Assembly: GCA_031281585.1 (NCBI GenBank)
Contig: JAITFE010000158.1
Span: 3,477-67,476 of the forward strand
DNA: 64,000 bases
From: Bifidobacteriaceae bacterium
GTDB lineage: Bacteria; Actinomycetota; Actinomycetes; Actinomycetales; WQXJ01
Reading direction: 5' to 3'
The notes beneath the pieces were generated by a model. That model did not search any database, had not been told where the DNA came from, and saw only the letters and a program-made list of their open reading frames with translations. The number at the start of each line of letters is the position of its first letter. Within the stretch, counting starts at the first letter, position 1. Both the position numbers and the translations under genes were made by a program. Below are positions 34,131-46,100 of this stretch, piece by piece.

Positions 34131-37100
34131 ATGTCCACGCGTTGGAGCAGGGCGTTCCGGGCGTACCGGGCGCTCTTGGGAGCCGGGGCGGCCGTGGCGC
34201 TGGTGGTCGGGGTGGGGCTGGTGGCCAACTTGACGGCATCGGCGGATGAGAACGACGGGGACGCGCCGAACGTTGTGCTGCGGGAGGCGGAAAAGGGGAC
34301 GGCGCCGTTCGCGGCGACGGTCGGAGAGCCGCTGGCGTGGGGCTTTCAAGTCGAGCCCGCGGACGCGGCGGGATCCTTGACCTTCACGTTGACCAGAGAC
34401 GACGGCGTGGTGACAAGCCACCCGGCGACCCGCGCCGGGGCCGGTTTGACCGTGAACATCCCCGCCGGGACCCTTCAGCCCGGATATTACGACGTGGCGG
34501 CCGCCTTCCCCGGCGCGTCAGACTGGACGGGGGCGGTGGTGCTGGTGGACGGGCTGGTGGACCAGGACGCGACCCGCCGCTTCGGCGTGGACGCGGGGCT
34601 GACCTGGTCGGAGCACAGCCTGGCGCAGATCCGGCAAGAGGCCCAATGGATGCGGGTGCTGGGCTTGGGCTCGGTCCGGGACCGGTTCCGGCTGGCCGAG
34701 TTGGAGGCCGCCGGCACCGCCAGCTGCGAAGGCGAAGTCCGCTGCATGGACAACGTGGCTCGGGTGCTGGCAGAAGACGGCGGCTTGGAGGTCGTGACGG
34801 TCAGCAACTCCGCCGGCTACCGCGCCAGCGTGGTCCAGCCCTACAACCTGGACGAGGCGTTCGCGCAGGGCAAGATGCTCGCCACCAAGATGTGGCCCCA
34901 CGTCACTTCGATCGAGGTGGCGAACGAGCCGGTCCTGTCCCAATTCTTCTCCGGCCACCCGTACCAATACGCGTCCGTGTTGAAGTTCTTCGCCGCCGGG
35001 GTCAAGTCGGTCCACCCGGAAATGCGGGTGCTGACCGGCTCTTACACCCCCATGAACACTGAGGGCTACCGGTTGAAAGACCGGACTGGCGCGCTGTACG
35101 AGCAGGAGGTGTTGGGGAACAACACCGCGGACTCTTTCGACACCCGCAACGAGCACTGGTACCCGTCCTCGCCCCACCCCAACGTGGGCTGGTTCGACGT
35201 GGACAAGCTGGCAGGCGGCACCCCCCAGGTGGACGTGGGCACAAAGCGAGCCATTGACCAGGCTGGCGGCGTTGGCGACAAGCCGGTCTGGATAACGGAG
35301 CTGGCCGACTCCTACAAGCCGACCGCCGGGGGCTTCGACTTGGCGGCGGAGGAGAAGAAGGCCGCCGAGCGGGTGGTCCAGTCCTACGCGGCGGCGTTCG
35401 CCGGGGGGGCCGAAAGGGTCTACGCCTTCTACTGGCAAACCCTGTTGGAACAGTGCCCGCAAACCAGCAACACCGACGTGTGCGCGGCGGTGTGGGGGCT
35501 GACGCGCAACGAGAAAAGCGACACCTACCGGGACGGGCGCTCGCAGGTGTTGTCGCCGCGTCCGGCGCTGGCCGCCACGGCGGCGCTGATCCGCCACGTC
35601 CAAGACAAGCAGGTTGTGAAAGTCGAGACCACCCAAGGGGCTGGCTTCTACACCGGCACCACCGTTTACTTCGCCGACCAGACCGCCGTCACCTGGGACG
35701 GCTCCAAGACGCTGGCCAGCTTCGGCCCGGACGCCACGGCCAAGAACATGTACGGGCGGGCCGTCGACGCGCTGGCCCCCGCCCGGACGGCGTTTGAGTC
35801 CTACTCGCCGTTCCTGGTGTCCGGGGTGACCTTGGACGGGAACTCCGTCCCGGTGACCGCGCCCGGGTCCGGCGGGGAGGCCTCGGCGCAGATCTCGGAG
35901 GGCGCTCAGTTCCGGCTGGGGTCCGGCGGAGTCAAGATCAACGGGCAGGACCCGCCGCCGCGCACCGCCTACAAGAACCCGGTGCCGGAACCGCAGGGGA
36001 TTGACCACGAAGTCGACAGGGAGGCCGTGCTGGGCGTCAAAGCCGGCGACGTGCTCACCCTGGACGTGCAAGCGCGGGCCGGGGCGGACAACCTGGACGT
36101 GTCGGGCGACCCGGACATTCGGTTCGCGTGCCAGGCCGGGCCGGGGATCGAGGTCGACCAGACGGCATCGGCGGCCATATCCGGCGGCTACCGCTGCCAG
36201 TTCAACGTGGTGGGGGACGTCCCCGGGCACGTCCAGACCTACGCGGACGGGATCTACACCTGGTCGGTGCCGGGGTTCGTCTCCGCGACCGCCGCCTGGG
36301 ACGGGCTCGAGGACCGGGTGAGGGTCGGCCTGACCGGCCGCGCGGCCGGCGAGTTCAAGATCGCCGGGTCCGCCTACCTGGGCCAGACGGTGGGGGTCCA
36401 AACGGACATCGAGGGGATTGCCCACTACCGCTGGTACGACTTGGAGACGTCTGACAGCCAGTGGATTGGCGAGGGCCCCGAGTACGCGGTGACGGCCAAA
36501 GACCTGAGGAACGGCGGCTTGGAGGGCCGGCGGATCACGGTTGTCGCCTACGAAGCCGTTGGGCGGGCCTTGGCGCAGGACTGGGTGCAGGTCACCCACT
36601 CGCGGTTGAAGGGCTGGATCGCCGCGGCGGACTTGACTTCTCCCGAGCCCGGCAAGGTGCGGATCGCCCAGGCGTGGGCGTTCGACTGGCAAGCCCTGGC
36701 CGGCGTCTCGCGGATGGTGGCGACCGTGGGGGCGACCTGTGAGAACGCCGACCTGAGCCAACGTTACGGCTTCAGTTCGCCATACGCGGCAAACAATTCG
36801 ACCTGGAAGGTGGCCGGGGAGTGGTATCCGAACGTCGTGGGGGGCGCGTACTACTTCACGAACCTGACCATCCCGGTGGCGCAGCGCGGAGAACAGGCAG
36901 TGCACTTGTACGCTGTGCCGTCCGACTGGGGTGGGACCTGCGACGGCCTGGTGGAGTTCGACGGCGGCGGGAAAGCCAAAGTGCTGGACTTGGGTGCCGT
37001 GCAGGTGGCGGACGTGTTGGCGAATTGCGCGAACTCAGCCGGCGGGGGCGACCAACTGGTGGTCCGGGTGCCTGCGGCCGAATCGGCCGGCGCCTGGGTC

Positions 37101-40100
37101 TGCCCGCTGCCGGACGGCCAGCAGGCGGTCACGATCAGCGCGATGGTTGATTCGACCCTGGAATGGGCGGAGGGGTCGCTTGACGTGCGCTTCTTCGACG
37201 CCAACGGCGATGAGCTCAACGTCCGCGGGGCGGCGGGCGGCCGCGAGGCGAAACTGTCGGCGAAGATGGCCCAGGTCGGCAGCGTCCACCGCTACCGGGT
37301 GGGCTCCTGGTTCGGCCAGTTCGATAGCCTTCGGCTGGACGAATCAGTGCTGGTCCCGCAAGACGCGGCGACGGTCAGGCTGTCTGCGACGGTCAAATCG
37401 GAGGCGCAAACCCCCAGGGAGGGGACGCTGACGCTGTCAGACGTGGCGGTGCGGCCGGGCGTGGTGCTGGACCCCGTCGGGGAGACATTCGGCTCCCAGT
37501 CCTACAGCTTTGAGCAGACCCTGTTCCGCCGAGGCGAGGCCTCCCCCTCCTGGAGCTTCGAACCCGTGCCCGCGGTGTCCGGAACCCTTGAGTTCCAGGT
37601 CAAAGATCTCGCCGGAGAGGAAGTCGCCGCCCGGACCGTCACGCGGACGGCCGCCAGCGGAGACTCTCCGATCAGAGTTCAGGGCGGTGGCCTGGACCAA
37701 CTGGGCGTGGGGTATTACACCGTGGCGGCGCGGTTCAGGGGCGCCGGAGGCGAATGGGGCGTGTGGGACAGCTCATTCGCGGTGCTCCCGGCCGCAGAAC
37801 CCGTCGTTGACCAGCGGTTTGGCGTTGACGCGCAACTGAGTTTCCGGTCTTCCCCGGCCGAGGTTTCGCGCCGCTCGGCCGCCATGCTGGCCGAACTGGG
37901 CGTCGGCTCGGCCCGCGACCGGATGGCCTGGGGCGAGGCGCAACCTGATTGCGCAGACTGGAGCGAGCCCGGCGGCGGCCGTGCCAAACTGGTCAACGCC
38001 GAACTGAAAGCCGTTGGCGTTGAGGACGTGCAGCTGTTCGAGAGCTCTCCGGCGTGTGCGCGGCCCGGGGCCAACCAGGACGCCACGGCCGCGCCCACCG
38101 ATTACGACGCCGCCTATTCTTACGGCCGCGCCTACGCCGAGTGGGCGCTGGCGAACGGACAACGCTCGGTCGAGGTGTGGAACGAGCCGAACGCGACCGC
38201 CTTCTTCAGGGGATACGCGTACCAGTACGCGAGCTTTCTGAAGGCGTTCGCGGCTGGCGTCAAGTCGGTCGCGCTGAAGCCGGGCCAGGATCCGGTCCGG
38301 GTGGTCATGGGCGGTTCGGCGGATTATCCGGGGCTGTTCATGGAGGAGGTCTACGCCAACAACGCCGCTCCCTACTTCGACGTCCGCAACCAGCACTTTT
38401 ACCGGGGCAACCCCTTCAACTCCGGCGAACCGACGGACCTGGTGGAGTTCCGCTTGGCGGACCCGTCCGCTATGACGAACCCGTGGCCGGCCATGTCCGC
38501 GTCGATCGCCCAGGTGGAGGCGGCGGCCGGCGTGGCCGCCAAGCCGGGCTGGCTGACGGAGACCGGTTACGCCGTCAACCGGGACGCCGCCGGCTCCTTC
38601 GCCGCAGACGAGCTCAAACAGGCCGAATACCTGGTCAAGAGCTACGCGCAGGGGTTCGCCGCCGGGTACGAGCGGGTTTTCGAGTTCGCCTGGCAGGAGC
38701 ACAACGAGCCCGATCACGGTTCCTTCGGCATTGTGCGGAAGGACCTGTCCCCGCGCCCCGCGGCCTTGGCGCTGGCCGTCCTGACCGACCACCTGGCCGG
38801 CGCCAAGGTGGCGGCGACCGTGACCCACGGCGAGGGCGGCCGGACCGTCTACTTCCAGCGGGCAGACGGCGCCTACGCGGCGGTGACGTGGGGCGGAGGG
38901 GCAAACCTGCCCGCCGATGCCGTCGTGGCAGACGTGTTCGGACGTGCGGCCAGCGTTGCGGCCGCCACCCGGACGGGCGCGGCCCCGTACCTGGTGACCG
39001 GCATTGCGCAACTGCCGGGCGGGGTCGAGTCGGTGAGCACGCCGACGGCCGCGCCCGCCGCCGCCGTGCCGGCCGCGCACCTGGAGGTCGCGGGCGTGAC
39101 CGTAGGCGGCGCGGCGCCACCCGTCCCACAGAGCGGGTCCACCCGCAACGCCGAGGTGACGGCCGGGGTGGGCGATGAAGTCACCGTGGCGGCGCGCGCC
39201 TGGACCGCGCAGCGGGATGACGCGAGCGGCTTGGTCCAGGTGGCATGCGAGGCGGGGCCCGGCCTAGAGGTGTTGGGGCAGGCGTCGCCAACGGCGGTGG
39301 CGGGCGTGTTCACCTGCCGCTTCCGGGCGGGGCTGGCGACCGGGCAAAGCGGCTATGCGGTGGTCAAGACCGCCTCCGGGGGCGGCGACCTGGTGCGAGT
39401 GGCATTGCGGGGCGGGCCTCCCGCCGGGTCGTTCGCACAGCTGGGACACGTGTTCGCGCCCGGCGACCAGTTGCGGTCGCCAGACGGCGGGACTGTCTTC
39501 ACCTGGCTGGAGAACGGCAAGCTTGAGTTGCGCCAGGACGGGCGTGAGACGTGGCGGGCGGACACCGACGGCGCCACCAGATTGGTTTTCTCCAACGGCG
39601 GCAACTTGGTGCTTTACAACGCCGACGGCACGGTGCGCTGGGCCACGCACGGCGGGGACGCTCAGGTCGCCTGGCTGGCCGTGTTGGACGACGGCTCGCT
39701 GGCGTTGCTCGCCGATTCGGGCGAGGTCCGCTGGCGCCTGGGCCCGGTCACGGTGACGATCGCGGCCGCGAACGGCACCCCGGAGGCGGGCTCCGCCGAC
39801 GCGGCGGCCCCGAGCACAGTCGCCCCCGGCACCACCTTGGCCGCCGTCGGCGGCCACCCATCCGCCACGGCGAACACCCAGACCCAGCTCTTGTGGCGGT
39901 GGTACCGGAACGACTCGGTGATTGACGGCGCGACCGCGGCCACCTACACGGTGACCCAAGACGACCTGGGCAAACGTCTCAGCGCCATGGCAGTCACCTT
40001 CTGGCCCAACCATTACGCCGCCTACGCGCGGTCGGCTGACATGACGGTCGCCGCCGCCGCCCCAGTCGCCTCCGGGCTGAACAAGGGCGTCAATCTGGCC

Positions 40101-43100
40101 CAATGGTTCCAGCCGACCGATGTGGACGGGGACGGCGGCGTGGAGTGGCCGTTCCTGAATCCTCCCGGCGACCCCTACCCGTACGCAGAGGCCGACTTCG
40201 ACGTGTTGAAGAACCTGGGCGTGGATCATGTGCGCCTGCCGGTGAGCTTTGACCAGCTGGCCCCGGCGGGGGACGACTACCAGATCGATTCGCGCTTGTG
40301 GGGTCCGTTGGACGGGGCTATCAAGTGGGCGAATGACCGCGGTATCAAAGTGGTGATCGACTACCACCCCGTGAACGCGCCGCCGTTCACCGAATTGGCG
40401 GAGGGCCTGCCTGCCATCTGGCGCCAAGTCGCCGAACACTACAAGGGTTACCCGGCCCATTCGGTCTACTACGAGATCCTGAACGAGCCTGACCGGGGCA
40501 TCGCGGCGACGGCGGCCGATTGGGGCGCCCTGCAGGAGGCCGCGGTCGCGGAGATCCGCCAGGTGGACCAGACCCACACTGTGGTGGTGACCCATGTTCT
40601 GAGCGAAAGCGGGAACCTGGTCAACCTGGCGGACGCGCTGCCCCGCTATGAGGACAAGTACCCGGGCCCGTTCGTTTACACTTTCCATTTCTACACGCCC
40701 GCTTTGTTCACCCACCAAGGGCTGCGGGGATGGACGCAACAGATCGAAATGCCGTTCCCGCTGGACCCGGAGGCCGAATGGCCGGCCACTGCGCCGGCCG
40801 GCGTCACCGAGGCGGACAAAGCACTGTGGGCGACCTACCCGGAGAACGCCAGCGTGGAGTACCTGACGGCCATGATGGACGCGGTGGTCCAATTTGCGCG
40901 GGACCGGAACGTGCCGGTGTGGTGCGGGGAGTACGGCCTTTACTGGGCGGCGCCCGAGGATGACGCCCTGACCTGGTTGAGGACCGTGACCGAGTTGTTG
41001 GAAGAGCGGAACATAGGCCGCGCGGTCTGGGACTACACGTACGGGTTCGGCATCTTCGATTGGAAGACACGCACCCATGACCCGGACAAACTCAACCTCA
41101 AGGCACTCGACGCGATCGGCTTCAACCCGCCGTCAACCTGGCCAAAGTCAGAGCCGCCGGTTTCAGGTCCGGGACTGACGCGCCTTGAGGTGTCCAATTC
41201 GACGGTCACGGCGTACGTGACAGACGGGGACGGCGCCGTCTTGCCGGGCCGCGAAGTCGCGTTCTCAATCCCCCATGGCGTCACGGCTGGCTTGACTTCA
41301 GGTCCGGCCTTCGTGTCCGTGACCACGGACGCGCAGGGTGCGGCGGTGCTGGCCCTGTCCGGGGCGCCTGGGTGGTACTCGGTCAGCGCGGTGGTGGACG
41401 GCGTCACGATCACCGAGGGTTCGCCCGCGCGGGTTGTGTTCGGGCCGGTAGAGGCGGTGTGGCCGGAACCGGGCGGAGACCCCGCGCCGTTGGATTCCGG
41501 CTTGCACAAGGGCGTCAGCCTGCATCACTGGTTCCAAGGCGTCGATCTGACGGGCGACGGCGTGCCGGACTGGCCGTTCTTGGATGAGCAGTCCCACCTG
41601 AACCGGTACACGGAGGCCGACTTCGACACGATGCGGAAACTAGGCATTGACCATGTGCGCATCGCGGTGGACTTCAACGGAATGTCTTCCGCCGAGAACG
41701 GCTACGAGTTGGATTCCCGGCTGTTGCCGGCCCTTGACCGGGCCATCGGCTGGGCGTTCGCGCGCGGAATCAAGGTGGTGATCGACTACCACCCCAAGAC
41801 GACCATTGAGTTCACGGACTTGACGGACGGTTTGGCGCCCATCTGGGAGCAGGTCGCCGAGCATTACGGGGACTACACGGCCTATCCAACCGACATGCTG
41901 TACTTCGAGGTCCTGAACGAACCGGTCCCCCCGCAGGGCAGCGCGTCGCGCGCGTCGACCAAACTGTGGGGCGAGGCGCAGGAAGACGCGGTCCGGGCCA
42001 TTCGCGGCAAGGACAAGCTTCATCCGATCATCGTGGGCCATGTCGCGGGCAACTCCACATTCTTGTTCGACGTGCAGCAGTGGACCCAGGACGTGGAGGT
42101 CCTGCCGCGCTACGAGGACCTGTACACGGATGACGGGCCGATCATTTACACATTCCACTTCTATGAGCCGGGCATTTTCACCATGCAGGGCACCCCCGCC
42201 ACCTCTGCGGGCGTGCTGGCCGGCATGGGCATTCCGTTCCCATGGGATCCGGCCCGCTGGCCGGAGGAGGAGCCCCAGGGGTTGAGCGTCTACGGCCACG
42301 ACGACTGGACGCGTTACGCGGAGAAGGGCACCGTCGCCTATCTGGCCAAACGGCTCGACACCGTGGCGTTGTTCGCGAACATGCGCGGTGTGCCCGTCTA
42401 CGCGGGCGAGTACGGCGTGTACGGGGGGGAGGCGCCCCGCGCCGACCGTCTGACCTGGCTCAGCTCCATGACCAAGCTCCTGGAGGAACGCAACTTGGGT
42501 CGCGCCGTGTGGAGCTACAACGGCGCGTTCGGCCTGTTCGCGGACTTCAAGGGCGGTGTTCACGACCCGGCGCTGCTTGATTCGGAGGTCGTGGCGGCGG
42601 TTGGCCTGAACCCGCCGGAAAGCTGGCCGGCGGCTCTGGACTTGGAGGCGATCCGGTTGTCGTTCCAGGGTTCGTCGGGTGTGGTCGATCCGGCGTCCGG
42701 GGTCCACGCCGCGTCGGTGGCGGTGACGGACGTGGCGGGTTTGCCGCGGGGCGACGTGGAGGTTTCGTTTGAGTTGTCCCCGGCTGCTTCGGCGTTCTTT
42801 GTCGACCCGGCCACGGGCGGGCGTCTGGACGCGAATCCTTTGGCGATGGCGTCCTCGGCGTTGGGCGTGGCGGCGGTGGCGGTGTCCGCTGACGCGTCCG
42901 CGACGGTTCATCTGATTGTGCGGATCGGCTCGGATGTGGTCGGCGAGGCGGATTTCTCGTTCGAGGCCGCGCCCGGCCCTTCCCCGAGCGCCTCGGCCAG
43001 CCCGGAGCCAAGTCCGGAGCCCAGCCCGGATCCGTCCCCAAGCCCGTCGGCGAGCCCTTCTCCTAGCCCGTCCCAAAGCCCGGAACCGCTGGTCTGCGCC

Positions 43101-46100
43101 GGACCCGTCGGCGAGTTGACGGCATCGGCCTCGGAGCCGTCCCAGGCTGTCACCTCGGCGGCCGTGGTCTGCCCCGTGGACGGGTTGGCGGCCGTCCGGC
43201 TGAACGCCCGGTTGGGCGGCGACTTGTCACGCTTGCGCGGCGAGGTCGTGGTGACCTTCAAGAACGCGCAGGGCGCCACGGTGGGATCGAAGGTGTTCGG
43301 GCCTTGGATTCACTCTTTCGCCGGGCTGGACTGGTCTGACACGTTGCCGGTTCCGGCCGGGGCGGCGTCCGTCTCGGTGGCCGCGCGGGCCACAGCCGCC
43401 TCCAGCGGCGCGATCTCCGGCACGTGGCGGGTGGCGGCGGTGGAGGCGCTGCCCAGCACCCACGTGGCGCCCGCCGGCGACCAGCCCGTCGCGATCACCG
43501 CAGGCGAATCCGCGACTTGGGCCTTCAACGTGACCCCCGCGTCCGCCCGCGGCCCGCTCGAGGTCGTTTTGACGGACGTGGACGGCGTGGAGGCGTACCG
43601 CGCGTCGGCGGTCCGCGCCGCCGACGGGTCCACCGCGGTGACCGTGCCCGCGGTGGCGCAGGGCTACTACGACGTGACGGCGACGTTCACGGCATCGGAC
43701 GATGCCGTCGCCCGGGGTTCCTGGACCAGCTCCCTGACCGCCGTGCCCGCCGGGGAGGTCCCGCAAGAGGCGCGGTTCGGGTTGGACGCGGGTCTGTCGT
43801 GGCCAAACGCCGCCGCGTACCGGGACGGGCGCTCCGCGTCAATGATCGCGAAAGCCGGGGTCGGCAGCGTCCGCGACCGGCTGAGGTGGGCCGACGTCTA
43901 CGACTGCCAAACGTGGAACACGCAGGGGCGGTATCTGGGCAACAGCGCGGTGCGGACCTACGGCGCGGTCGCGGAAGACTTCGTGGACAACGGGTTGGCC
44001 GTGGTGCACGTGTTCCAGGACGCGCCGGCGTGCGCCCGCCCCGGCGGCGCCGCCGAGCCCAACATCCCCTTGGACTACGCCCAGGTGTACAAGTTCGGGC
44101 AGGAATACGCCCGCAATTTGGGGCCGCTGGTGGAAGCGGTCGAATACTGGAACGAGCAGGCCGGCTCATTCTTCAACGGGCGGCCGTTCGAATACGCCTC
44201 CGGCCTGAAGGCGTTCACGGCCGGGGTCAAGTCGGTCCGCCCGGAAATCCGCGTCCTGATCGGCTCATCCGGCCCGGTGGGCCGGTATGAGACTGAAACC
44301 TACGCCAACGCCGTGACCAACGACTTCGACACGCGCAACCACCATTTCTACGGCTACGCCTCCGGCGGGAACACCGGCCTGACTGAGTTCGCCGCGCAAA
44401 ACAAGACGCAAGAGGCGACAACCGCGGCCGGCCTGGGTGCCCCGGCCGCCGGGCTGACCGACAAGTCCTTGTGGCTGACGGAGACCGGGGTCGACATCCA
44501 CGCCGACGCGGCCGGATCCGAACGCCCATCGGAAAAGCTCCAGGCCGAACGCTTGGCGCAGACCTACGCGGAAGGCTTCGCGGCCGGTTACGAGAGGGTC
44601 TTCGTCTTCTACTGGCAGGAACTGCTGGAGGGGAACTCGTACCTGTGGGGAATCACGCGGGACGATTTGTCGCCGCGCCCCGCCTACTACTCGCTGTCCC
44701 TGGTGACGCGTCATCTGGCGGGGATGTCGGCGGCGAAGATCGAAACCCACGGCTCCGGCAAGACGGTGTATTTCACGTGCGACAACCCGGAGGCGAAGGG
44801 CGCCACCTGCTCGCAGGGCGAAGTGCGGGCCGTGACCTGGGGCGGGGGTGTGACGCTGCCCGCCTCCGCGCAGGTGATGGACGTGTTTGGGCGTGTGGTT
44901 CCGGCCGCTCAGGCTTCCGCCGAGGGCGCGGGCACCTATCTGGTGGGGGGCTTGACCGCCGTCCCGGCGGGGGCCGCGCCTGTGACGGTCCCGCAGTCGC
45001 CCGTCGCGACCGGACCGGCGCCCTTGCGGCTCCAGGTGCAGCGGATAGTCGGCGACGGGAGGATCACCACGCTGACCGGCGCGACTGCGCATTACGACTT
45101 CCTGGTCTCCACCGGTTCCGTCATCGACATGGTCCTGGCCGCGCGCGACGCGGCCGATTCGGACGTTTCCGCGTCCACCACGGTGACGTGCGGCTATCAC
45201 ACCGGCTTCACCATCCTGTCAGACGTGAATCCCCAGCCCGTGGACGGCGAGTTCGTCTGCCGCTACCGGGTCGACCTGCCATGGGCCACCGGCGGCTGGT
45301 CCAGGATCTGGGCCCAGGCGGCACGCGGGGAAGGGGCCGCCCAAACAACCGACCAGGCGGCGGCCTGGATTGTGGCCGGACCGCCGGAGGGCGCCTTCTG
45401 GGCGCCTGGTCGAACGTTGGCCCCGGGCGACGCCATCACCTCGCCGAACGGCCGAGTCAAGGTGGTTTGGGAGGCGGACGGCCGCCTGGTGGAGTACTAC
45501 GACGGCGCCGAGGTCCGGGCCACGCCCACCGCCGGCGCCGCCAAGGCGGTCTTCCAAGCCGACAACGACTTCGTGATCACGGACCAAGCCGGCGCCGTGT
45601 TGTGGCGCACCGGCAGCGTTGGCGACTGGACGGGTGTCTTCACCGTCAACGACCAGGGCCAGGTGGCGGTCGAGCGGTTCAACCGCACCCTGGAATGGGA
45701 GTGGCTGCCCGCGCTCGAGCCACCGGGCGAGTTGCCCGTCTCGGGCCCCGGCCTGTCGCGCCTGGAGGCGGCCGCCGGGTCCGCCACCCCCGCCGATGGC
45801 GTCACCACCCGGTCGGTCACGGCCCACGTGACAAACGGTTCCGGCGCCCCGCTGGCGGGCCGCGACGTGTCGTTCTCAATCCCCTTCGGGGTCCGCGCCG
45901 GATCCTCACCGGGACCGGCCGTCATCCTGGTGGCGACGGACGCGACAGGCGCGGCGGTGTTGGCCCTGACGTCCGATGCCGCCGGGTCCTATCCGGTCAC
46001 CGCCCGCGTCAACGGGGTGGCGATCACGGAGGGCTCCCCGGCCGTGGTCGCGTTCGCCCAGCCCCTGGACCCGTCCCCAAGCCCGACGGCGAGCCCGACG

